Source: a phage
Sequence record: NC_042307.1
Length of the DNA stretch: 64,000 nt
Direction: 5' to 3' (one strand)
Shown here piece by piece: positions 47,530 to 57,774 of the stretch. A program made the position numbers and the translations under genes. How positions within the stretch are numbered: the stretch's first letter is position 1; each line of letters begins with the position of its first letter. Below the pieces are notes generated by a model. It did no database searches. It had not been told where the DNA came from and saw nothing but the letters and a program-made list of their open reading frames with translations.

Positions 47530-48906
47530 TTAAGCGGTAGCGTAAGCACCGGATACAACACCATTACTAAAGTAACGTTGCAGGTTAACACGCTGAGTAA
47601 CGTAGTATGCATCACGCTGTTTACCAGCTTGGCGCTCACGTTCAACAGTAACAGCACGCTGACGTGGCATTACGAAGTTATCTTTATAAACAATAACTGC
47701 GAACTCTTTCTCAGCTGCTTTAGCTGGGAAGTACTCAGAAACCACAACCGGCAGACCATAAATACGACCAACCTGACCTTGCAGTTTAACAGCATCGTTA
47801 CCAACCTGTGCAACATCCTGCCATTCTTCATCTTCCAGAAGATCATAGTAAGCATCCATAGATACGATAAGTACCAGTTTGCTCAGTTTCAGACCATGAC
47901 GGCCCAGTTTACGACGCAGTTTAGAGATAGTTTTAGCAGTTACCAGAACAGAACCATCAGCTTTAGCTTCAGTAGTAACTTTAGCACCATCATCTTCAGC
48001 CAGTTTCAACAGACCTTTCGGCTTACCAGTACCATCACCAGTCATAAAAGCTTCTTCGATAGAAACAGCGTGTGCTTCAATCAGACGCTTACGCAGCAGC
48101 GGCAGCAGGGAGAAGATTGCATCTTCTTCAGTTTCATCAGTAATGAAGGACTTAGCAGCCAGTTTGTAAGTACTGAAGTGAATTTCTTTAAGAGCACCTT
48201 TAACTTCATCACCGGTAGTAGTATCAGTACCATAAGTAGAAGCAGCAACCCAAGTAGCTTTACCAGCATCCGGTTCAACCAGCATAGTAAGAATCTTACT
48301 GGACATCGGCAGTTCTTCAAACAGTGCGCCAACTACCAGCTCTTTCTGCAGGTCACGGATAATACGCTGAGAGAAAATAGTTTCATAGCTTTCACTAGAA
48401 ACTTCTACAGAAGAAGACTGATTCACTGCTTTCAGGTGTTTTTGACCGTGTTCGGTTTCGAATACACCTTTTTCCATTACGTAAGACAACAGAACCAGTT
48501 TTTCTACTTCGTCTTCAAAGTTTTCCTGAGTACCATACAGTGCTTTAGCAACACTATCACCAACGAAGGAACGACCTTCACGAGCTGTTAGCAGAGATTT
48601 AATTTCGTCCTGAAGACCAACAATAGTTTCCTGTTGTTTTTCTACAGTTTGTGCAAACAGTTCTGCGCTCTTCTTAGATTTCTCATCCAGAGACTTAACC
48701 AAATCCAGAGCCTCTTCCAGACGCTTACGGTCTTCACCAACAGCTTTAGAAACTAGGTCATTCATACGAGCCAGTTCTTTTTCTTCCTGCTCTTTACGCA
48801 TACGTTCAGCTTCCTGAGCTTTCTGAGCAGCGGTCAGACCTTCCAGAGATTTAGCCAGATCACCCAGACCAAGTTCTTCTTTCAGCTTATTAATATCAAT
48901 AGTCAT
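47530..48906 (-). CDS. major capsid protein precursor with N-terminal scaffold-like delta domain (T5 pb8-like)
   Basis: 458 aa; N-terminal ~150 aa coiled-coil (EELGLGDLAKSLEGLTAAQKAQEAERMRKEQEEKELARM); strong RBS; upstream of protease gene. Confidence 0.8.
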   Translation of the reverse strand: MTIDINKLKEELGLGDLAKSLEGLTAAQKAQEAERMRKEQEEKELARMNDLVSKAVGEDRKRLEEALDLVKSLDEKSKKSAELFAQTVEKQQETIVGLQDEIKSLLTAREGRSFVGDSVAKALYGTQENFEDEVEKLVLLSYVMEKGVFETEHGQKHLKAVNQSSSVEVSSESYETIFSQRIIRDLQKELVVGALFEELPMSSKILTMLVEPDAGKATWVAASTYGTDTTTGDEVKGALKEIHFSTYKLAAKSFITDETEEDAIFSLLPLLRKRLIEAHAVSIEEAFMTGDGTGKPKGLLKLAEDDGAKVTTEAKADGSVLVTAKTISKLRRKLGRHGLKLSKLVLIVSMDAYYDLLEDEEWQDVAQVGNDAVKLQGQVGRIYGLPVVVSEYFPAKAAEKEFAVIVYKDNFVMPRQRAVTVERERQAGKQRDAYYVTQRVNLQRYFSNGVVSGAYATA

Positions 48907-48923
48907 TTTTAAATAATTCTCCG

Positions 48924-49556
48924 TTATTCTTTAACGTAGCCTAAAGCTATCGCAAGTTTTTCTAGTTCAGAAAGATTACGTTCTTGAGCTGGGACAGCTT
49001 TAGAACTTATTGCAGTAAAAGATTTACGCCATTCAGTATAATCATGACCATTCATGCTCTTAGCGAGATTGAATGTTGAGTCCTGATTACAAGGTACAGA
49101 AACTACCGAGACTTCGTATAGTTCTAAATCTTTAATAATAAATATATCAGTAGCTTCATCCCACTCTGCATCTAGGCAGCGGAATCCGATACTAAAAGTT
49201 TTCAGTACACCGTTTTTAATTAGTGAAAAGATAGCCGGATCAGAACTTTCATAGATCTCGCATTCGATTTCGAGACCCATTTCAGTAGGGTTAAGATCAA
49301 TACACTTACCGATTGGACGACGATGATCGTGTCCGAAAAGAATAATCGGGTTTTTCATGTAGTTAGTAAGTGCATTAGACGTTTTCCACGCAGAAGCAGG
49401 AATTACATCACCAGCGCGATCTTTACTAATTGTATTAGCGAATCCACGGATTTTTACAACACCTTCTTTGGATTCGCTATCAATAGATTTAATATAAGCA
49501 TCTAAATGAACGGGTGCTGATTTTAACTTGTTATAGTCAATAGCAGCTTGTGTCAT
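48924..49556 (-). CDS. prohead maturation protease
   Basis: 210 aa between decoration and capsid genes; synteny and size. Confidence 0.55.
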   Translation of the reverse strand: MTQAAIDYNKLKSAPVHLDAYIKSIDSESKEGVVKIRGFANTISKDRAGDVIPASAWKTSNALTNYMKNPIILFGHDHRRPIGKCIDLNPTEMGLEIECEIYESSDPAIFSLIKNGVLKTFSIGFRCLDAEWDEATDIFIIKDLELYEVSVVSVPCNQDSTFNLAKSMNGHDYTEWRKSFTAISSKAVPAQERNLSELEKLAIALGYVKE

Positions 49557-49559
49557 TTA

Positions 49560-50042
49560 TTAGCCTCCAACACCAAGGTTAACTGTCACAGTACACGCAG
49601 TAGAATCCTTACTTACTCGCTTACTATCTGTTACAGTTACTTTATAAGAGCCTGCATCCTCAGCTGCTGCTGTAGGCTTAGTATAGGTAGCTCCTGAAGC
49701 ACCAGGAATAGGAGAACCATTTTTAGTCCATGCATAGGTATATGGACCAGTACCACCAGTTGCAGTAACAGAAAGTGTTAAAGCTGCTCCAGTATCAACG
49801 GACATGCTAGCAGTTAAATCTTTAGAAAGAGTTAATGGTGGAGCTGGAGGAATTGCTTTACCATAAGCCTCTACAAATTTCTTCCATACTTTACGGTTAG
49901 TATGCGCAGATGAAAGTCCTAGTTCTCTACGCAGAAAAGCATAGCTAGGAACATATTTATGCGCAGCAACCGTAGCAAAGAAGATATGAGATTCTGGTAG
50001 TTTTTCACCAAAAATGGTCCTTAGACCACTATAATCAATCAT
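49560..50042 (-). CDS. capsid decoration protein with C-terminal Ig-like domain (T5 pb10-like)
   Basis: 160 aa; C-terminal TGGTGPYTYAWTKNGSPIPGASGATYTKPTAAAEDAGSYKVTVTD is a typical I-set/Ig-like domain. Confidence 0.6.
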   Translation of the reverse strand: MIDYSGLRTIFGEKLPESHIFFATVAAHKYVPSYAFLRRELGLSSAHTNRKVWKKFVEAYGKAIPPAPPLTLSKDLTASMSVDTGAALTLSVTATGGTGPYTYAWTKNGSPIPGASGATYTKPTAAAEDAGSYKVTVTDSKRVSKDSTACTVTVNLGVGG

Positions 50043-50044
50043 TC

Positions 50045-51256
50045 TTAATCTCCCTCGGTGGAACCTTTAGGTCTACCACCTTCTTGACCAGATACACCTG
50101 TTGCAGAACCAGCGACGTTAGCAGGAATACGGATCTTATTCATCTGCTCATCATCTAAAGGCTCAAGGTTCAGCTCTGAACGAGCTTCGTTACCGGTTAT
50201 AATACCATTATTAACCAATGAGGTTAAATGTTTAGCCTCTGCTTCTTTATCTGGTGTTAATGCTGCGACTTCCTTAGTATTAGGAGTGATCTTATAACCA
50301 AAAAAGAAAGTAAGAGAACTAGTCAGTTTGTTCAGCATAGGAATGATAGTCATATAATAGAACAATTCGATGTTTGGTCGAATGTTCGCATTATTACCAC
50401 CATCAAGCAGTACTTGCGGAACTCCAAAGGCTAGACAAATAGATTTATTAAATCCTTCGATGTCTTCCTTAAAGTCTAGATCTTTAAAAGAGGATATTTG
50501 GGAGTACGGTTTAGCTTTCATACCACCATCTAGAATCAGGACAGAAGACTGACCCGTACTAGGATTATAATCGAGTTGTAATTCTTCTTGTTTACGCTCA
50601 CGCAATTTCTTGTTCAGGATTTCATCCGTCTCAAGAATAAGACCAATCACGGTTCCGTTATCGAGGAATTTCTCTTTAAAGTTAAGCATCTTAGAACGCT
50701 TCTCAAGAGAATCAATAACAGTAGCAACACGAGATTGTCCAGAAATTTGAGAGTTTGTGCCACACACGTAACTGTTATCCTTTATAAAGATAATCTCATC
50801 TACGCGATAGTCTATCTGATTATTAAATGTAAATTTTTTGATAAACTTATTGGCATCTGCCTCGACCTGCATAAGAGCAGCCGGGACGTGGTAAAGCGAT
50901 GTGCCATCCCAATAGATGTATGCACAACCTTCAAAAAGTAGGTCAGTGACTACAAGTCTACGGAATGTGCTTATATCCATGAATGGATTAGGTCGTACAT
51001 TTAAGAGAGTGTCTAGAGTCTTTGTTTTGACGCCATTAGCGTACGTAACAATATTATATTTATCTCCGACAGTATAAGAACACTCCGCCGCACTATCTAT
51101 AACCATATTAGCAGTTCGATTGAGAATCTCAATCTTGCTATAGGCTTGTCCAGTGGTAAAAGGCTTACGGTTAGTGCGATGACTAACTGGTTCCATGTCT
51201 CTTATAATACGTTGACCCGGATTTAGCTTTTCAGTAATCCAGCTTTTAAAACCCAT
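50045..51256 (-). CDS. portal protein
   Basis: 403 aa between terminase region and decoration/protease genes; synteny and size. Confidence 0.65.
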   Translation of the reverse strand: MGFKSWITEKLNPGQRIIRDMEPVSHRTNRKPFTTGQAYSKIEILNRTANMVIDSAAECSYTVGDKYNIVTYANGVKTKTLDTLLNVRPNPFMDISTFRRLVVTDLLFEGCAYIYWDGTSLYHVPAALMQVEADANKFIKKFTFNNQIDYRVDEIIFIKDNSYVCGTNSQISGQSRVATVIDSLEKRSKMLNFKEKFLDNGTVIGLILETDEILNKKLRERKQEELQLDYNPSTGQSSVLILDGGMKAKPYSQISSFKDLDFKEDIEGFNKSICLAFGVPQVLLDGGNNANIRPNIELFYYMTIIPMLNKLTSSLTFFFGYKITPNTKEVAALTPDKEAEAKHLTSLVNNGIITGNEARSELNLEPLDDEQMNKIRIPANVAGSATGVSGQEGGRPKGSTEGD

Positions 51257-51708
51257 TATAAGAACCTTGCGAATCCTGATTTTGTTTCAGTCTTGACTTG
51301 TGTCTTTTCTTGAGGATTCTGTATTTTGTCTTTCTGCTTTTGAACCCACACTTTTTGCTTATTAGCAGAAAATAAAGGAGGTTCTTTTGTGTAAACCTTA
51401 TGTAATAGTTGGTGATGGTGCTGGCACAATGTTACCACGTCCCTAACTAACTCATGCTCATATTTCTTGTAGAATGCTTCCCTATTTGAAAGGACGATAT
51501 TCTCATCAGTGAAATCCAGCTGGAGTTCTTTAGCAAATTTTTTTATTAGCTGAGATATAGTATGATAGTGATGAAGTTCTAGGTCTTCACTACTACCACA
51601 TATAGCACAGCAACCATCCTTACTATACCTAGATTTTATACCATCCCTCATTATGGAAATGGCATCACGTTTGTACTTAGTATTAGTGGCCATACTCCTC
51701 CAATCCAA
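51256..51708 (-). CDS. HNH endonuclease (terminase-associated type)
   Basis: 150 aa; CAICGSSEDLELHHYH...CQHHHQLLHKV HNH/Zn motif. Confidence 0.7.
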   Translation of the reverse strand: MDWRSMATNTKYKRDAISIMRDGIKSRYSKDGCCAICGSSEDLELHHYHTISQLIKKFAKELQLDFTDENIVLSNREAFYKKYEHELVRDVVTLCQHHHQLLHKVYTKEPPLFSANKQKVWVQKQKDKIQNPQEKTQVKTETKSGFARFL

Positions 51709-52357
51709 AGCTATTTAGAAAGATTACTATATCCTCAGGAGCAACATTAAAAAATTCCGTGCTTCCTGTAAAATTAGAAAACCCACAGTTTTTATTATAA
51801 TATTCTCTGTGAACTTCCTTTTCTAAATCTAAAGCAGTCTCTCTATCTGGCAGATGATACATGGTGAACAAGTACAGGTCAGAAAATCCAGATTCTCTTT
51901 TAACTTCATTCAACCGTTTCTCGGGATATAAGCTTATGCCTACTTTAGTACCGCTAGAGAAGGACATGATATAGAGGAATCCACCATTCTCCCACTTAAG
52001 AGAACAATAAGGACATCTCTTACCTTGAGTCAATCCATCTAAGGTAATGAAACAGTCATGCCCATTATTGCAGCGTAGATGTAGTTTTGTTTTAGCATTA
52101 GTATAGCTGCTTAACAGAGTATACCCTATATTAGATATTCTGTTACTAACTTCATCTAACGATATTGTATTATTGGAGCAGTGTGGACAACCTCTCCTCA
52201 TATGGAGTATAGAATGTGGTGTTGCTTCCCAAACGTGTGCTCTCTGGCATTTAAATACTGTTTTTGTACGTTGGTTTACATATTCACCGACAATTTGGAT
52301 TCCACGATCAGCTAATCTAATATTTATATCTTTTATTGTTAGCTTTTGTCGACCCAT
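51683..52357 (-). CDS. T5orf172/GIY-YIG-like domain protein with duplicated Zn-ribbon-like motifs
   Basis: Start moved to ATG (MGRQKLTIKD) with AGGAG RBS; RGCPHCSNN and RCPYCS motifs; C-terminal FLYIMSFSSGTKVGIS...TEFFNVAP homologous to ORF at 1..297. Confidence 0.55.
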   Translation of the reverse strand: MGRQKLTIKDINIRLADRGIQIVGEYVNQRTKTVFKCQRAHVWEATPHSILHMRRGCPHCSNNTISLDEVSNRISNIGYTLLSSYTNAKTKLHLRCNNGHDCFITLDGLTQGKRCPYCSLKWENGGFLYIMSFSSGTKVGISLYPEKRLNEVKRESGFSDLYLFTMYHLPDRETALDLEKEVHREYYNKNCGFSNFTGSTEFFNVAPEDIVIFLNSFGLEEYGH

Positions 52358-52473
52358 AGAATCTCCTACACCCATGTAGAGCATTAATTTTTCTTGTTTA
52401 CGTTCTATTATGGGAGAAGTTCTCCCGATCAATGAATATAGTATACATAATCGTATCGAATTTGTAAAGGGGA

Positions 52474-52514
52474 TTTTAAAATACAGGAATGGGATACCAA
52501 CTGAGTAGTATCCC
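52474..52514 (-). terminator. hairpin downstream of terminase large subunit gene (possible terminator)
   Basis: gggatac-N10-gtatccc stem followed on minus strand by auuccuguauuuu. Confidence 0.35.
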
Positions 52515-52527
52515 ATCCTATACTTAT

Positions 52528-53844
52528 TTATTTACCACGGGAAATAGAGTAAATTCCATAGCGGAGCGCGTCACAAAGGTGAGAGTTTGCATCATGACGT
52601 GGTTTTTCACGTGATAATTTCTCTTCGCCTTCCTGGAAGTCCCACTTATAGTTCTGCAATGCATGAATTAAGGAGGAACATGAGGCATCCACAATAATTT
52701 TCCCTTGCTGGAATAACGCTTGCAAACATGCTAGGCCATCTAGAACAGATTTTTTAGCTGGAGCTGATGCAATTTCGTGCTCGTAAGCTAAGTCCTGGCG
52801 GAATTGGGCTGCTGCGGAGTCCACAAAGATACGATCAACGTTGTAACGATCTATACAGTGCTGAATATATGCTGCATGTTGAGCCGTGGTCTTCTCAGCT
52901 TGCTGGTATTCCTCCAATACATAGTAGATATCGGTATCGTAATGATATTTAATAGTAAGAACTGCGGTAGGATCTCGATAACCAACGTCAATACCAAGTA
53001 AGGTTTCGAATGCTTCATCATCTTTAAAGAAGTGACGCATACCTTTAAGGTCTTTAACATGCTCAATGGCGTTGAAGGTATCAAAGATCTGTCCTTCGAA
53101 CACAGAGAAGTCAGCCTCATATTCTTGTCGGAAGTAGTTTTTACTAACAGTACGACGAGCTTCCTCGATATCGTTAAGGTCAGCACGTGGGTTGTCACGA
53201 TACGTCCCATGGATAGATACCCAGTTAGGTAGTGTCTCGTTAAATCCTTTCTCATAAAACTCTTTGAACCAGTTACCACCACGAGGGGTAGAAATGAAAA
53301 GAGCCTTAGAGTTTGGTTTATCTAGGGTTGGACGAAGCTGAATATCGAATGCAGCACCACCAACGTCAGAGATTGCGGCTTCATCAAAGATGATGAAATC
53401 ATAGGAACGACCAACTGCGGAGTCAGCCTGAGCAGCAGAAGCTAATTTGAACAGAGAACCGTTGGCCAGCTCAATTTCTTTATCTTTGGCATTCTCACGC
53501 TCAGTCTGCAATCCATATTTTTTAATTAGACCACGAATCTGTGACCAACCGATGTTTGCTAGTGAGTAGTTAGGTGCAACTACCAGCACTTTTACATTAG
53601 GTTCTAGCAGTTTTAGGAACCCAAGTGTATATGCGATAAATGACTTACCTACACGACGTGATACACAAGCAGTTACGAAACGATGTCTAGGATCTTCCAG
53701 TGCGTTAATAATAGCTACCTGAGGGGCATTAGGCGTAATCCCCTCTTGAGCTAGAATACTGGAAACTGGTAAACGAAAGAAACGTTTATCAATCCCAAAG
53801 TCTATGACGTCTGTTGTGTTAATATAGGGTCTTGAGACCTCCAT
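52528..53844 (-). CDS. terminase large subunit
   Basis: 438 aa; Walker A-like ACVSRRVGKSF, Walker B-like DFIIFDEAA, C-terminal nuclease-like acidic motifs. Confidence 0.8.
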   Translation of the reverse strand: MEVSRPYINTTDVIDFGIDKRFFRLPVSSILAQEGITPNAPQVAIINALEDPRHRFVTACVSRRVGKSFIAYTLGFLKLLEPNVKVLVVAPNYSLANIGWSQIRGLIKKYGLQTERENAKDKEIELANGSLFKLASAAQADSAVGRSYDFIIFDEAAISDVGGAAFDIQLRPTLDKPNSKALFISTPRGGNWFKEFYEKGFNETLPNWVSIHGTYRDNPRADLNDIEEARRTVSKNYFRQEYEADFSVFEGQIFDTFNAIEHVKDLKGMRHFFKDDEAFETLLGIDVGYRDPTAVLTIKYHYDTDIYYVLEEYQQAEKTTAQHAAYIQHCIDRYNVDRIFVDSAAAQFRQDLAYEHEIASAPAKKSVLDGLACLQALFQQGKIIVDASCSSLIHALQNYKWDFQEGEEKLSREKPRHDANSHLCDALRYGIYSISRGK

Positions 53845-54326
53845 TACCTTTTACCTCCCGTTGCTAGCGAGGTAATTAAGTCCATGTAGTTCTGATCACC
53901 GGAGCCAGCAATAATATTGTTCTGAATATTAGTCTGATTAGTAGGAGCACGAGTGGCAGCTCTTGCCTTCTCCAGCTCTACCATCATCTTCATTTCTTCC
54001 ATCTTCATTTTATGGGCTTTCCACAGAATATCCATGATATCCTGGTCAGATCCCATACCCGTTTCTTCAAGTTCTTCCAGCTTACGCTTGATAACCTCAT
54101 CAAGAACTCCAAACAACTTGTCACGGTTGCGGAACCCACTTTCCATAAAGATATCATTGAGGTAGTTCTTAACTTCCCCACGATTCATAATATCCCTGAA
54201 TGCAATTTCCGACATACCAAGACTACGGGCAGCCATGCGTACATCGCTACCGCACTGTAAATAAGCCTCGATTACATCCATGCCTTCAGGGGACATAAGA
54301 TCCGGTACTAAAACATCATTTGCCAT
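53844..54326 (-). CDS. putative terminase small subunit
   Basis: 160 aa immediately upstream of and overlapping large terminase start; HTH-like N-terminus; synteny. Confidence 0.4.
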   Translation of the reverse strand: MANDVLVPDLMSPEGMDVIEAYLQCGSDVRMAARSLGMSEIAFRDIMNRGEVKNYLNDIFMESGFRNRDKLFGVLDEVIKRKLEELEETGMGSDQDIMDILWKAHKMKMEEMKMMVELEKARAATRAPTNQTNIQNNIIAGSGDQNYMDLITSLATGGKR

Positions 54327-56239
54327 TATGTTAACCTCTGAATATTAAGTCTTAGTTTGTGGTATTGAACCCACGGAGTATATGAAACAGGCAGACCGCT
54401 CATTGGCAATGCCCTAGAAGTTACCCAGAATTCTAGGATATTGGAGGCGTTCTTTCTGATATAGTATTGGAATTTGTTTCGAGGAGCACCAGCAGCACCT
54501 CCAGCATACGAGATAGTATTAGTAGTTAGAATAGGTACAAAAGTATTTGTATGTAATACTACAATTTGGTGAGAAACACCATCACCAGCGTCATAGTCAT
54601 ACTTAGTCAAACGTCTGGCAGCCCCCACATATGGACCACTACCTGCACCGCTACCAGCATTGTTACCAATACGCTGCATGTTTACGTCACCATCAGTATC
54701 ACATAGAGAGTTACCCATCCATTCAATACTTAGGAGAATCGTGGAAGGTTCTGGACTACCACCTAAACCAACATCAACTGTGTTTATTAATCTGGTTTCA
54801 CCATATGCCATAGGATACAGCCTACCATTATCTCCAAGAATAATATTGTTGGCTTTATTCTGCGTAAATAAATGTAGAGGTCTTACATTGGGACTCCAGA
54901 TATCCACACCGTTAATAGCTATCTTATTCTGTGGGGAGTTAATCTCGATATTACTATTTTGTGGAAGTCTGTACAATCCGATATTCCATGGTGTTGAGTT
55001 ACCCACTGTACTACCTGTGTTACTTCCAGTAAATCCTTTCAAACCGCCCCAGGCATTAGCACCAAAGAATCTGAAAGCACCACCATCATCCATCTCTGTA
55101 GAGGACCAAGCAAACACGTTACTAGAGAAGTAAGTATTACTAATGCTAGGAGTACCGGTACTCACAGCTGCTAACATTTCGTAGTTGGTATTTCTTAGAT
55201 CAACTCCTTTAATTATGAAGGAATCTTTTGCAATCTTAATGTCATTACCAGTAAACAGGTTTTCAGCTGAGTAACCCCAGTAGTTATCAAACGTAACGTT
55301 TAACCATAGGTACTCCATACGAACTGGGGTGAATGGGTAGTAAACCTCACTGAATCCAGACATACGCGCATTAGCCACATGACGTTCAGCACCAGCAGTT
55401 AGATAAGCGGAACTAGAGTTAGCCATTGGAATCTGATAGGGGAAATCCAGGTTACGAACCTTAGTATAAGCTGTATTACCATAGGCATTAGGATCACCCA
55501 TACCAGTAGCACATCTAGCACCACCTGCTCTAACATACACAGCATCGTAAACACTGCTAGAAGGTCCAAGTGGATGCATGTAATCAGGATTTACCAGGTT
55601 CTGACTGTCTTCATAGTTCATGATAGGACGGCTTTGAGCACGTGGTATCCAGTTAGTATACATATACCAGTCCTGTGGATCACGCCATTGGTACATAATC
55701 CAACCACCCGCTAAATCATAATAGGCATCAGCAGCGTAGTCTTCACCACCTTCATGGTCAAATATAGTATGCCCACCAGTACCATAGTTACCAATCTGAT
55801 CCCAGACAGCACCACCCTGTTTCCAGTACCCCCATTCAAGGTTCAAGTCAAACTGAATAGATCCGGTATATTGACCCCAGATACTAATATTCTCATAAAG
55901 GTTACGCCATCTATACGTACTGTTCCTCTGAATACCTGTCATCTGGTGGTAATATTCTGTACCATCAGCATTATCTCGTACCACTAGGACTGGAAGAATC
56001 ACATTTGCCCTATTTGCTAGAAGATAGCTGAGGTCGGATGGTAAGGCTCCGGTAAAGTATCCATTACCTGCGTTCCCTAAACCCACCTGAAAACGGCGTT
56101 TAACAAACATGTGAGGCATGTCTGAATGGAAGATGGAGTTTGTGTTGGGACTGTAATGAACGTTGATGTCTCCTCCACTAGCCCTATTTAAAGATAGGAC
56201 TGTTTTTCCATCTGTATATTTTCCTGCGAAGAAGCTCAT
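54326..56239 (-). CDS. putative receptor-binding tail protein (T5 pb5-like by size and position)
   Basis: 637 aa, Gly/Asn/Tyr-rich, last late gene before the early-promoter cassette; synteny only. Confidence 0.45.
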   Translation of the reverse strand: MSFFAGKYTDGKTVLSLNRASGGDINVHYSPNTNSIFHSDMPHMFVKRRFQVGLGNAGNGYFTGALPSDLSYLLANRANVILPVLVVRDNADGTEYYHQMTGIQRNSTYRWRNLYENISIWGQYTGSIQFDLNLEWGYWKQGGAVWDQIGNYGTGGHTIFDHEGGEDYAADAYYDLAGGWIMYQWRDPQDWYMYTNWIPRAQSRPIMNYEDSQNLVNPDYMHPLGPSSSVYDAVYVRAGGARCATGMGDPNAYGNTAYTKVRNLDFPYQIPMANSSSAYLTAGAERHVANARMSGFSEVYYPFTPVRMEYLWLNVTFDNYWGYSAENLFTGNDIKIAKDSFIIKGVDLRNTNYEMLAAVSTGTPSISNTYFSSNVFAWSSTEMDDGGAFRFFGANAWGGLKGFTGSNTGSTVGNSTPWNIGLYRLPQNSNIEINSPQNKIAINGVDIWSPNVRPLHLFTQNKANNIILGDNGRLYPMAYGETRLINTVDVGLGGSPEPSTILLSIEWMGNSLCDTDGDVNMQRIGNNAGSGAGSGPYVGAARRLTKYDYDAGDGVSHQIVVLHTNTFVPILTTNTISYAGGAAGAPRNKFQYYIRKNASNILEFWVTSRALPMSGLPVSYTPWVQYHKLRLNIQRLT

Positions 56240-56257
56240 AAAATCTCAAAATTTCAC

Positions 56258-56290
56258 TTGTCAACAAGTCTTTATTTTTATATAATATAA
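56258..56290 (+). promoter_or_regulatory. sigma70 promoter (TTGTCA-17-TATAAT) driving plus-strand cassette
   Basis: ttgtca 56258-56263, 17-bp spacer, tataat 56281-56286. Confidence 0.6.
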
Positions 56291-56361
56291 GTATAAATTA
56301 AAAAGGCATCCAAGTAAACAAATTTTTTTATTTTCTGGATGGGTCACTGGTAGCAAACACT

Positions 56362-56688
56362 ATGCAAGAAGATGATAAGCCCTTTCAGGAACCTCTACCA
56401 CTAGAAATGAATCCTAGGGCTAAAGCAGTTCATGATGCAGTTAACGAAATCATTCAAGACGTCATAGAAGATACAATGGAAGATGTGATGGGTACATCCT
56501 TCATACTAGAAGAATCCGGCTTTGATGAAGTAATGGATATTATTGGGACAGTCGTTATGGTTCGTGCAATATGTAGAATTTTTCAAATACCAGGCTTACA
56601 GGAGAAGCAGCGTGCTAACGCAAGAAAGATTAAAAGAAGTGCTAAGGTACGACCCGAATACCGGTATATTTGTAAATTTACAAAGTAG
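56362..56688 (+). CDS. hypothetical acidic protein
   Basis: 108-aa ORF with no obvious RBS; C-terminal part overlaps HNH start in another frame. Confidence 0.35.
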   Translation: MQEDDKPFQEPLPLEMNPRAKAVHDAVNEIIQDVIEDTMEDVMGTSFILEESGFDEVMDIIGTVVMVRAICRIFQIPGLQEKQRANARKIKRSAKVRPEYRYICKFTK

Positions 56689-57146
56689 AGGAAACAAAAA
56701 AGCAGGTAGTATAGCAGGTACATCGAGATAAAGATGGCTATATAGTAATTCGTATTGACAGACTACCTTATAGAGCACATAGACTGGCCTTCTTATACAT
56801 GGAAGGATATATGCCCGTAGAAGTGGACCATGATAATAGAGTTAGAGATGATAATAGGTGGGATAATCTATTTGATGCATCTAGGCAGGAAAATATGCGT
56901 AATAGACCTTCTTGGGGTATATCTGGTTACCTAGGAGTATCCTGGAATAAATTAAAACAAAAATGGCAAGTTAGAGTACAAGATAGTAAAGGTAATCAAA
57001 TATCTGGAGGATTCTTTCCCTACCAAGATCTAAAGTTAGCGGTGGAGAAGGCTAATACGATGCGCGTACAGTTTCATGGACCACGTGCAGTTCAGGAGTT
57101 ATTTAAGGGATACAAAGTTTCTAGTGTGGAGGAGTTAAATAAATGA
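56612..57146 (+). pseudogene. HNH homing endonuclease gene interrupted by a +1 frame change near 56715-56730
   Basis: GTG 56612 (GGAGAAG RBS) encodes VLTQERLKEVLRYDPNTGIF...AGSIAGTSR-stop (56729-56731); HNH core continues in next frame from 56727 (RDKDGYIVIRIDRLPYRAHRLAFLYMEGYMPVEVDHDNR...) to 57146. Confidence 0.7.
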
Positions 57147-57262
57147 GTAAAAATAAAAGAGGGGAAGTATATGAAAGTTGGATAAATTCTTTCGGATTCG
57201 GGACTGTGTTATTCTTTATCTTTGTACTCTTTTGGTTAGCAGCTATGGCGGGGTGGTTATAA
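57143..57262 (+). CDS. small membrane protein (39 aa)
   Basis: MSKNKRGEVYESWINSFGFGTVLFFIFVLFWLAAMAGWL; ATG overlaps HNH stop; one predicted TM helix; not in ORF track (below 60 aa). Confidence 0.4.
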   Translation: MSKNKRGEVYESWINSFGFGTVLFFIFVLFWLAAMAGWL

Positions 57263-57366
57263 TGGAAGTAGTAATTATTGCTTTACTAGTTGTGGTAATT
57301 ATAGGGCAGTGCATCTTAGATAACCACTTAGCTCGTATCGAACGTAAGCTGCGGGGAGACAAGTAA
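57262..57366 (+). CDS. small membrane protein (34 aa)
   Basis: MEVVIIALLVVVIIGQCILDNHLARIERKLRGDK; internal ATG of track ORF 57178..57366; overlaps upstream stop. Confidence 0.4.
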   Translation: MEVVIIALLVVVIIGQCILDNHLARIERKLRGDK

Positions 57367-57611
57367 TGTTTAGTTTTGTAGCTATCTTCATTATCGGGGT
57401 ACTTGCGGGAATCTTCGGAACACTCGGGGCTATTAACAAACATCGTGAATATATTGCGGGGGTATCGCGAGAGCTTTCGGAAAGAGAGCGGAGGTTTGCG
57501 GAGAAACGTGCGGAGTTTGAACGAGAAGGGTCTGAGGGATCTCGGGCGTCGCGGAGGAGATTTCGTATGTCAGAATCAGGAGACAAGCCGGTAGACCGGT
57601 GTTCCTCCTAA
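57366..57611 (+). CDS. small membrane-anchored protein (81 aa)
   Basis: N-terminal TM helix MFSFVAIFIIGVLAGIFGTLGAI followed by charged Arg/Glu-rich tail; TAATG overlap with upstream ORF. Confidence 0.5.
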   Translation: MFSFVAIFIIGVLAGIFGTLGAINKHREYIAGVSRELSERERRFAEKRAEFEREGSEGSRASRRRFRMSESGDKPVDRCSS

Positions 57612-57722
57612 GTTAGCGCTAATTACCAATTCTCGAAATCTCATAAGATTACACATGCGGATGGGCCCAGTGGTTCCCCAGATGAGAATGAGTCTCATTA
57701 CCGCCCCCTTACTTAGCAAGCT

Positions 57723-57770
57723 AATAGTCACACCATGTTATCATTACACAGTGTGACTATTTTATTTTTA
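57723..57770 (+). terminator. rho-independent terminator between convergent plus-strand cassette and minus-strand dmp-like gene
   Basis: 11-bp inverted repeat aatagtcacac/gtgtgactatt with 17-nt loop, followed by ttttatttttaa. Confidence 0.55.
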
Positions 57771-57774
57771 ATTA

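Noticed and set aside
47578-48591. 337-aa plus-strand ORF antisense to the major capsid gene
   Set aside because: Low-complexity F/S/T/N-rich translation, no RBS or promoter, fully embedded in a well-supported minus-strand gene; typical antisense artefact.
56296-57620. Expected receptor-blocking lipoprotein (Llp-like) gene next to the receptor-binding gene
   Set aside because: No ORF here has a signal peptide ending in a lipobox cysteine; the small membrane proteins are reported as candidates for an analogous role only.
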